Assembly (NCBI GenBank): GCA_041651055.1
Contig: JBAZJW010000001.1
Location: 177,021-241,020 of the forward strand
Source: Minisyncoccota bacterium
GTDB lineage: Bacteria; Patescibacteriota; Minisyncoccia; Phycocordibacterales; UBA5272
Reading direction: 5' to 3'
DNA: 64,000 nucleotides
In this document: piece by piece, positions 57,164 to 64,000 of the stretch
How the letters are laid out: every line of letters begins with the position of its first letter
How positions within the stretch are numbered: the first letter of the stretch is position 1
Translations under genes and position numbers: made by a program
The notes under the pieces: model-generated
Told to the model about the DNA's origin: nothing
The model's database searches: none
What the model saw: only the letters and a program-made list of their open reading frames with translations

Positions 57164-58594
57164 TTATGAATCTAGTGTGTGACAAACTTCTCTAAGGCGA
57201 GCGAGAGTTTCCTCTTTACCCAACACATAGCAAATCGTAAATGGGTCAACAGATTTTTCTTGACCTGATAGGGACATACGGAGTGGCCATAACACATTCC
57301 CCTTCCCTTCCGCTTCAGCGTAGGGCATAATAGCTTGCTTAATTGCTTCCGCTGAAGAAAAATCTGCAGCAGATATAATTTCTTGCACTTTTTCTAAATG
57401 ACGAATTGCAACGTGAGCTTCATCATCTTTGTAGAGTACTCGTTCTTTTTCAATCGTCGGGCGTTTTACAAAAAAACCAAACTCTGCATCTGCAATAGAG
57501 GTCAGTTCTCCGTAGGTAGAGATACGATCGACGATTGTTGGAACAAGTCTGTGCAAGAGGCCGGCTGGGTATGTCGACATATACGGAGCAATTGCTTCAA
57601 GTTGCTTTTCCTTAGACTGTGCACGTATATGCTCCTTGTTCATCCACAATAATTTTTCTTCATCAAACATAGCTCCTGCTTTGTGTATTTTTGCAATATC
57701 AAAAAGAGAAACAATTTCCTGTGGGGTCATGACTTCTTTGTCCCCTCCTGGATTCCAACCAAGAAGAGCTAAGAAGTTCATCATTGCCTCTGGTAGATAC
57801 CCTTCATTTTTATAGTCTAAAATATCTTTCGCTCCATCACGTTTGCCAAGTTTTTTATTTCCTGCCGGAGCAAGAATCGGGGGTAAGGTGACAAACACCG
57901 GGTACGTAATACCGAGAGCATCATAGAGAGCCAGATAGTTCGGCATAGACGCAATGAATTCATCAGCGCGCATAATATGTGTCACACCCATCTCAAGGTC
58001 ATCAATAATATGCGCGAAGTTGTACGTCGGATACCCGTCACTCTTAATGAGTACAAAATCATCCAACGCTTCAGGACCGGCTGAGAGCTCTCCGCGTACC
58101 GCATCCTGCCATGTGTAACTTTTTATTTCAGGAATCTTAAAACGAAGAGGAGTGGTTCCATCCCATACCGCTGTCGTCGTTGGGCGATGATCACGATACA
58201 AAAACGCACGCTTCTCAGATTCTGCTACCACACGAAAGGCAGCAAGCTCCTCTTTCGTATAAGGGTCAGCATATGCATATCCTTTTTCGATAAGAACTTC
58301 GGCATATTTTTTATATGAATCGAGACGTTCTGATTGAATGTAGGGTGCGTGTGGACCACCAATATCTACCCCTTCATCCCATGTAATACCAAGCCATGTT
58401 AGCGACTCAATAATATGTGGAATAGAACCCTCTACTTCTCGAGCTTTATCAGTATCTTCAATACGAAGAATAAATCTTCCATTATTTTTTCGTGCCCAAG
58501 CCCATGCATAGAGTGCAGTTCTGACACCTCCTACATGCATGTACCCAGTAGGTGATGGTGCGAATCGTGTAACGACGTGAGGTATAGTAGACAT
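57164..58594 (-). CDS. gltX: glutamyl-tRNA synthetase
   Basis: FAPSPTGYMHVGGVRTALY (HIGH-type) and KKLGKRDG (KMSKS-type); start trimmed to internal ATG. Confidence 0.9.
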   Translation of the reverse strand: MSTIPHVVTRFAPSPTGYMHVGGVRTALYAWAWARKNNGRFILRIEDTDKAREVEGSIPHIIESLTWLGITWDEGVDIGGPHAPYIQSERLDSYKKYAEVLIEKGYAYADPYTKEELAAFRVVAESEKRAFLYRDHRPTTTAVWDGTTPLRFKIPEIKSYTWQDAVRGELSAGPEALDDFVLIKSDGYPTYNFAHIIDDLEMGVTHIMRADEFIASMPNYLALYDALGITYPVFVTLPPILAPAGNKKLGKRDGAKDILDYKNEGYLPEAMMNFLALLGWNPGGDKEVMTPQEIVSLFDIAKIHKAGAMFDEEKLLWMNKEHIRAQSKEKQLEAIAPYMSTYPAGLLHRLVPTIVDRISTYGELTSIADAEFGFFVKRPTIEKERVLYKDDEAHVAIRHLEKVQEIISAADFSSAEAIKQAIMPYAEAEGKGNVLWPLRMSLSGQEKSVDPFTICYVLGKEETLARLREVCHTLDS

Positions 58595-58601
58595 GGTAAT
58601 T

Positions 58602-59714
58602 TTATGATGAATGAGAAAGACTAATGCGCACAAGTTCTCGAGCAATGACGGCGGACGCATTGCGTGAAGTTTCAACAGCTCGACAACTTTCTACCATCTT
58701 TGTATATGCTGCCTCGTTTCCAAGAATACGTCCAACCTCAGACACTAAGACTGAAGTTCCAATATTATTTTCTTCGAGGACTGTTGCCACACCACGCCCT
58801 GCCATAGCGTAAGCATTGCTACATTGATCACGACTTATTGTTTCCGGGATTGGAATAATGATCATAGGTAATTGCCATTCGATAGCTTCAAACAAAACAG
58901 AAGATCCTGCACGAGTAATAATCATATCGACCTTAGGATAAAAAATTCCAACATCGATAAACCCGTCGATAAAATATCTGTCCTTGTACTGATGCTGTAG
59001 TAACACTGATGTAGTAATCTGTTTCATCTCTTCTAAGTTATTGACGCCGACTTGGTGAACTACGTCGTACGTGTCGAGAAGCAGAGGAAGAGAATTGAGT
59101 ATCGCTTCATTCATTCGCTTACTACCTTGTGAACCTCCTAAAATCAGAATCACAGGCCTTTCTTTTTGACTATATGTACGTTTAAAACTTTCAAGAGGCA
59201 AGAGTGCGTCACGTATTGGCTGACCAGTAAGTGCGGTTGTTTCTTTCGGATAAAAGGGAGCTGCTTCTGGATAAGAAATAGCGACGCGTTCAGCAAATTT
59301 TCCTGCCCACAATGTCGTACGGCCAGGGACTGTATCGCTTTCATGGACAACGACAGGAATAGAAAGGATGCGCGCTGCGAGTAAAGTTGGGAAACTTGCA
59401 TACCCCCCTTTTGCGAAAACAACATCAGGATACACTGCGTACAATTTAAAAAGCGCAACAACACACCCCCATGCAGTCTTGAAGAGGTTCGTGACTGTCT
59501 CAAGTGATGGATACACATGAAGTTTGCCTGCAGGAACTTTTACAAATTTTATCTGAGAATCAAAGAGCGCCTTTTCATCATACGGTGCGTCAGAGAAAAA
59601 GTACAAATCTGGTTGAACAAGCTTCTGAACAAACACTTCTTTCCGCATACGTTCAGCAACCGCAATAAGCGGATAAAAATGCCCCCCTCCTGCTCCTGTT
59701 AAAACTACTTTCAT
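58602..59714 (-). CDS. murG: UDP-N-acetylglucosamine--N-acetylmuramyl-(pentapeptide) pyrophosphoryl-undecaprenol N-acetylglucosamine transferase MurG
   Basis: MKVVLTGAGGGHFYPLIAV N-terminal glycine-rich motif, GT-B fold. Confidence 0.85.
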   Translation of the reverse strand: MKVVLTGAGGGHFYPLIAVAERMRKEVFVQKLVQPDLYFFSDAPYDEKALFDSQIKFVKVPAGKLHVYPSLETVTNLFKTAWGCVVALFKLYAVYPDVVFAKGGYASFPTLLAARILSIPVVVHESDTVPGRTTLWAGKFAERVAISYPEAAPFYPKETTALTGQPIRDALLPLESFKRTYSQKERPVILILGGSQGSKRMNEAILNSLPLLLDTYDVVHQVGVNNLEEMKQITTSVLLQHQYKDRYFIDGFIDVGIFYPKVDMIITRAGSSVLFEAIEWQLPMIIIPIPETISRDQCSNAYAMAGRGVATVLEENNIGTSVLVSEVGRILGNEAAYTKMVESCRAVETSRNASAVIARELVRISLSHSS

Positions 59715-60811
59715 ACGTATAATTGTGTTGTTTTAGAAATGTTAAGAAGTACGCCGAGTTCAAATAGTGCTGCCATAAGTGCTGTTCCCCCATGGGACAC
59801 AAGAGGCAGAGGGACTCCCGTGAGAGGCAATAATCCAAGCATGGAAGCAATGTTTAAAGTTGCCTGAGCTAGAATGATTACGGTTATACCGATTGCCAGT
59901 AAACTACTAAATTGGTCCGGGGTATTTTTTGAAATCATATACCCTCGTACCCCTACTATACCATAGAGTGTAAGAAGAAATAGCACCCCAACAAAACCAA
60001 GCTCTTCTCCTAAAACAGCAAAGATGGAGTCGCCTATCGGCTCAGGAAGATAGTTAAATTTCTGCACACTTTGCCCAAGACCTCTTCCCATTACCCCTCC
60101 CCCACCAAGAGCAATAAGCGACTGATTAAGCTGCCAAGAAGAACCCCGTGGGTCATGTCCACTATCTACGAAAGTCTTCACACGCTCCAACATGTATGGA
60201 CGAAGTGATACCAATACAATGAGACCAATCAAACCTAAACCAATAAGCGTAAGAATATGTTTCCTTCTCGCTCCCCCTACGAAATAGACAGCAAACGATG
60301 CCGTCATTATTACAAGATACGTACCGAAATCCGGCTGCGCAAGTAACACCAAAGAAACGAACCCTGCACTTATTAAATATGGAAGAAGCCCATACTTCCA
60401 ATCTTTAAACAAAGGGCGATACGTCGCGCACCAAAATGCCATAAAAACAACAAAGGCAAACTTAAGCATTTCGCTTGGCTGCAGCGATAGCGGACCAAGA
60501 TCTATCCAGCGATGTGCTCCTCCGTGGTAGACAGAAAGACCCGGAACAAAGACGAGCATTGTCACAAGAAGAGCTCCCACAAAAATACCATATGCATACT
60601 TTTTATAGAATGAGGTTGGAATACGTACTCCAAGATACAGTGCAAATGTTCCACCAACAAGCGCATAAATAAGTTGCGTCTTAATAACAGCATAAAACTT
60701 CACTTCGTTTACTGCGAGCACACCAAGTGCTGCAGATCCGAAAATAACAAGACCACCCAAGAGTAAAATAATGATTGTTACAAAAAGAGTTTTATCGACG
60801 CGTGCAAACAT
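59711..60811 (-). CDS. ftsW: FtsW/RodA/SpoVE family peptidoglycan glycosyltransferase
   Basis: 366 aa, about 10 TM helices with conserved family blocks. Confidence 0.8.
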   Translation of the reverse strand: MFARVDKTLFVTIIILLLGGLVIFGSAALGVLAVNEVKFYAVIKTQLIYALVGGTFALYLGVRIPTSFYKKYAYGIFVGALLVTMLVFVPGLSVYHGGAHRWIDLGPLSLQPSEMLKFAFVVFMAFWCATYRPLFKDWKYGLLPYLISAGFVSLVLLAQPDFGTYLVIMTASFAVYFVGGARRKHILTLIGLGLIGLIVLVSLRPYMLERVKTFVDSGHDPRGSSWQLNQSLIALGGGGVMGRGLGQSVQKFNYLPEPIGDSIFAVLGEELGFVGVLFLLTLYGIVGVRGYMISKNTPDQFSSLLAIGITVIILAQATLNIASMLGLLPLTGVPLPLVSHGGTALMAALFELGVLLNISKTTQLYV

Positions 60812-60815
60812 AACA

Positions 60816-61883
60816 TTAACTTACCAAAACAATTACAACACCAAGGAGCGCGCACACATACGAAACGATCCAATACCGCATAACAATTTTATGACGAGGC
60901 CAACCCTTGGCTTCAAAGTGATGATGAAGCGGCGCAACCAAAAATAACTTTCTCTTAAAAATCTTCTTCCATGAAAGCTGAAAAATCACCGATAGCACTG
61001 TAACAACCAGAGGGAAAGCGATGATGGGAAGATACATGACGGCATTCGTCAAAAACGCAATGATAGAAAGCGCTAACAAAATAGCCATAATACCTGTCTC
61101 CCCCATCATAAATGCTGCCGGTGGAATATTAAACCACAAGAATGAAACTATCGCTCCCGCAATAACAAAACACAAAGCTGCTATGTCTATCTGGTGATGC
61201 ATGAACGCAATAGCACCGTAGGCAGAAAAAATAGCTGAGAAAATACCACCAGATAACCCATCAATACCATCGATAACACTTGTTGAAAAAAGTGCAACAG
61301 TTACGAGCACAAAAAATAATACAAAAACAACACCTCCTACAGTGAACATTCCGTAGAATGGAAGGTATATAGCTGACACTCCAAGTTTAAAATAAAACCA
61401 AAACCCAGCAAAGGCCCCCATAGAAGCAACAGCACTTAATCGCACAGGAAAAGAGAGTCCCCCTCCGATATATGTACCAACCCTTCCTGCAACTTGAGAA
61501 ACAAGGAGGTCATCTAGTCCTCCAACAATTGCGCCAACAAGCATACCCATAAGAGGTAGCCATGTTTGATTACGAGAAATAAAATCTAATTTTTCAGTTA
61601 GTGCTGTTGGATATACTCTAGAAACTGTCCAAAATAAAAGAGCAGTAAAAAATACCGAGACCCAGACAACAATACCCCCCATTCGAAGAAGCTTTTTTTC
61701 TTCATCATTATGCAATGCTGATGTAATGGGCGCATCATGACCATCCATACTCTTTGAGACGCTTTTCTTTTTCCAAATTTTATGACGTGCTAAAAATCGC
61801 ATGACAAAAGGTGCAATAATAATTCCAAACACAAAGGCAACAATGGCCGGAAGAAGAACCTTGAAGGGGTCGAGTGCAAACAT
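60816..61883 (-). CDS. mraY: phospho-N-acetylmuramoyl-pentapeptide transferase MraY
   Basis: 355 aa polytopic; LHHHFE block near C-terminus. Confidence 0.85.
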   Translation of the reverse strand: MFALDPFKVLLPAIVAFVFGIIIAPFVMRFLARHKIWKKKSVSKSMDGHDAPITSALHNDEEKKLLRMGGIVVWVSVFFTALLFWTVSRVYPTALTEKLDFISRNQTWLPLMGMLVGAIVGGLDDLLVSQVAGRVGTYIGGGLSFPVRLSAVASMGAFAGFWFYFKLGVSAIYLPFYGMFTVGGVVFVLFFVLVTVALFSTSVIDGIDGLSGGIFSAIFSAYGAIAFMHHQIDIAALCFVIAGAIVSFLWFNIPPAAFMMGETGIMAILLALSIIAFLTNAVMYLPIIAFPLVVTVLSVIFQLSWKKIFKRKLFLVAPLHHHFEAKGWPRHKIVMRYWIVSYVCALLGVVIVLVS

Positions 61884-61931
61884 AAAACCTAGTATATCAC
61901 GAAAGAAATACTCCTGTCTCTGTGTACAGCC

Positions 61932-62855
61932 TTACGGCGTAACGCTTTTTCTAAGTGCGTTATAGAGTATTTCTACGTCAGAAAACCTCTCATCTCGAGT
62001 AGACCCGAGTACGACAATCGCAACAGGATGACCAACAGTTATATCAACAATAACCGCAAGATTTCCTCCTGCACTATCAGTAAAACCAGTTTTCGAAGCC
62101 TCGGCCCCACTTAAATTTGTAATGACTTGGTTTGTATTTGGAATACCTGAAACTTTTCCCGTACTTGCTGTCACTGTCAGTCGAGCATGTGTTGTGGCAT
62201 CGAGCAATTCAGGAAATCGCTTACGTGCAGCTACGAGTAATTTTGCAACATCAAGAACTGTTCCCTCGCCTCCTAATTTTCCATTCACATCAAGCCCTGC
62301 AGGGTCGGTAAAATGTAGAGCAAGACCAAGCAATGCAGCGTCGGTGTTCATTTGTTCTACATACAAGGCATGTCCACCAAAGGTGTTCGCTATTGCTTGC
62401 GCTCCATCATTTGAAGAAAATACAAGCGTATATTTAAGCAGTTCACTTAATTTCCATGTCTGTCCCTTTTTGAGACCAAGATCAAAACCTCCTTGGGGTA
62501 CTATTTTTCCTATAGTCACTGTAGTTTTCATATCGTGATGAATACGAGCAGTCATTGCCATCATAATTTTTGAAATACTCGCAAGAGGTAGCACTGCTGT
62601 TTCATTTTTTGAAGCAATAATTTTTTCGTCAACGATATCATATACAATATATGCTTTTGCCCGCACAGTAACGGTATCAAATGTCTTTGAAGTAAAGAGC
62701 GCTGAGGTTTCTTCTTTCGCTTTTTGTGGAGCAATAATACCAAGACGTGAACCCTCCATAGGACTCGCAATCAAAGAAAGTAAAAAAACTGCAATAATAG
62801 CACCCCCATAAAGAAGTACAGGTGCGAAGTGGTCGTGTCGTGCGTGATGAATCAT
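61932..62855 (-). CDS. D-alanyl-D-alanine carboxypeptidase (S11, PBP5-like)
   Basis: ASISKIM (SxxK), SND, KTG-type motifs. Confidence 0.75.
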   Translation of the reverse strand: MIHHARHDHFAPVLLYGGAIIAVFLLSLIASPMEGSRLGIIAPQKAKEETSALFTSKTFDTVTVRAKAYIVYDIVDEKIIASKNETAVLPLASISKIMMAMTARIHHDMKTTVTIGKIVPQGGFDLGLKKGQTWKLSELLKYTLVFSSNDGAQAIANTFGGHALYVEQMNTDAALLGLALHFTDPAGLDVNGKLGGEGTVLDVAKLLVAARKRFPELLDATTHARLTVTASTGKVSGIPNTNQVITNLSGAEASKTGFTDSAGGNLAVIVDITVGHPVAIVVLGSTRDERFSDVEILYNALRKSVTP

Positions 62856-62866
62856 GTGCTGGAATA

Positions 62867-63373
62867 TTATATTTCTCGTGCCTCTAATTTTTCTTTCAAT
62901 TCTCTATGAATGGTTTCGTACTCTGGAAGCTCTTCCACAGTAGTTACGCCGAGATGTTTGAGCGCTTCTGCAGTGAGAACACATACTTCAGCCTGGCGAC
63001 TTATCAAACCACGAACAGTGAGCGTACGAACAGACTGTGATGATTGCACTCCGCGGATATAGGATATTTGTTCTCGCGTAGCATTTCCAAGATAAGCAAC
63101 GAGTGTGAGTACTTGAAGTGTTGCGGGTGTGAGTTCACCGGAGAGTTCTTCTTTCCAGAACGCTTCCACAAGCGGCGCATAGGTTGATTGCGTTACAATA
63201 GATAATTCACCGTTACTTCGTAAGAGCGCTAAACCAATTTGATTAAGTGCTGTTGCTAGCCCTTCAATATTTGCTTCTACTTCTTCCGGTTTCACTTGAA
63301 GAAGTGTTGCAATAGCGGTGATGGGCAAAGGGTCACCGGAAAGGTAGAGGAGTGTAACGATTTGTTGCAGCAT
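62867..63373 (-). CDS. scpB: segregation and condensation protein B
   Basis: Tandem winged-helix pattern LLYLSGDPLPITAIATLL ... LTVRGLISRQ. Confidence 0.8.
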   Translation of the reverse strand: MLQQIVTLLYLSGDPLPITAIATLLQVKPEEVEANIEGLATALNQIGLALLRSNGELSIVTQSTYAPLVEAFWKEELSGELTPATLQVLTLVAYLGNATREQISYIRGVQSSQSVRTLTVRGLISRQAEVCVLTAEALKHLGVTTVEELPEYETIHRELKEKLEAREI

Positions 63374-63672
63374 GGTAGCTTCATTGTACCATAGGAGATT
63401 TTTAATTTAGAAGTTCAAGTAATAATTTCTTCTCCTTTTAACATCAGTCGCTCAGGACGAATTCAATTCTTTTTCCTTTTTATCTTTTTCCATCGAACTA
63501 AACGGTATAATTTTTTGCTAAAAATTTGCCTCACTCTCGCGCCGTCAGTCGACCGGTAAATTGGTCGACACCTGTAGACGGGCTGCGAGAGTTAGTTCTC
63601 ACGGAAAAAGATGGGTTTAATTGAATATTGATTCATTGAATATTTTTACTCCTAACCCCTAACTGCTGCCTC

Positions 63673-64000
63673 CTAACGCATCTGCTGTATCTCTATCTCT
63701 CCCCTGTCGTTTTGCTCGGCGTTCAGTGCGCCGGAACGAAGTAGTTCAAGTAATGCAATAAAATTTACAATCAATAATTTCTTTCTCTCTTCAACTGTCT
63801 TTGCACCCTCAGCCAAGCTCGCGAGTGTCATCGATTGCATCGTTCTCACACGCGAAAGAAGCGACTCAATCACATTCTCGATACGAAGTGCTTGCTCTAC
63901 CGCCACCTTCACGAGAGCTTTAGGCGTCACAAATGACGCGAGAGTGAGGAGCGCAATAGATTGTAACATTGAAGCATCCACTCGTGGATCAGGTACAAAA
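63673..64000 (-). CDS. scpA: segregation and condensation protein A (C-terminal part; gene continues beyond window end)
   Basis: C-terminal LALLELLRSGALNAEQNDRGEIEI typical of ScpA; reading frame open to the window edge. Confidence 0.6.
   Translation of the reverse strand, partial: FVPDPRVDASMLQSIALLTLASFVTPKALVKVAVEQALRIENVIESLLSRVRTMQSMTLASLAEGAKTVEERKKLLIVNFIALLELLRSGALNAEQNDRGEIEIQQMR

Noticed and set aside
1-64000. CRISPR arrays, rRNA genes, tmRNA, RNase P RNA, transposases or IS elements
   Set aside because: There are no regularly spaced identical repeats with unique spacers. None of the conserved signature stretches of these RNAs, and no DDE or tyrosine recombinase ORFs, were recognised by eye. 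A covariance-model scan would be needed to exclude small RNAs definitively.

Overview
This 64 kb window is AT-rich (roughly 40% GC by eye) and densely packed with genes. The compact layout and the mix of housekeeping genes suggest a reduced-genome bacterium, possibly Patescibacteria/CPR-like, but that is an inference. Recognisable housekeeping genes include recR, dnaB, cysS, gltX, rplU, rplI, rpmA, a ctpA-type S41 protease, rmuC and a yqeY-like gene. There is also a cell-wall and division block (murG, ftsW, mraY, a D,D-carboxypeptidase, scpB, partial scpA), a MarR-controlled RND efflux operon, an M23 peptidase, an L,D-transpeptidase, a LexA repressor with a canonical GAAC-N4-GTTC box, an AddA-like helicase-nuclease and a separate Cas4/AddB-like Fe-S nuclease. 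The most unusual region is 13.8-20.5 kb, immediately downstream of the 3' end of a tRNA-Gln(UUG). It carries six direct copies of a ~30 bp motif that resembles the tRNA 3' end, each separating a single-gene 'cassette' (P-loop NTPase, YhhQ-like transporter, MOSC, GNAT, small membrane protein). Next come a Panacea-domain/unknown-partner gene pair that looks like a toxin-antitoxin module, and a retron-type reverse transcriptase (NAxxH, FFPSI, QGxxxSP, YADD and VTG motifs) fused to an intact trypsin-like (S1) serine protease. A 13 bp perfect inverted repeat brackets a ~140 nt putative msr/msd-like ncRNA at the 5' end of this RT gene. Elsewhere, at least five short GC-rich segments (50-65% GC) carry small membrane or secreted protein genes with strong Shine-Dalgarno sites, whereas native genes look leaderless (TATACT/TAGAAT a few nt before the ATG). 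This pattern is consistent with recent foreign cassette acquisition. Several families of intergenic repeats and twin-hairpin palindromes recur. No CRISPR array, rRNA gene or transposase was seen. All calls rest on motif recognition by eye, and coordinates of starts are approximate.
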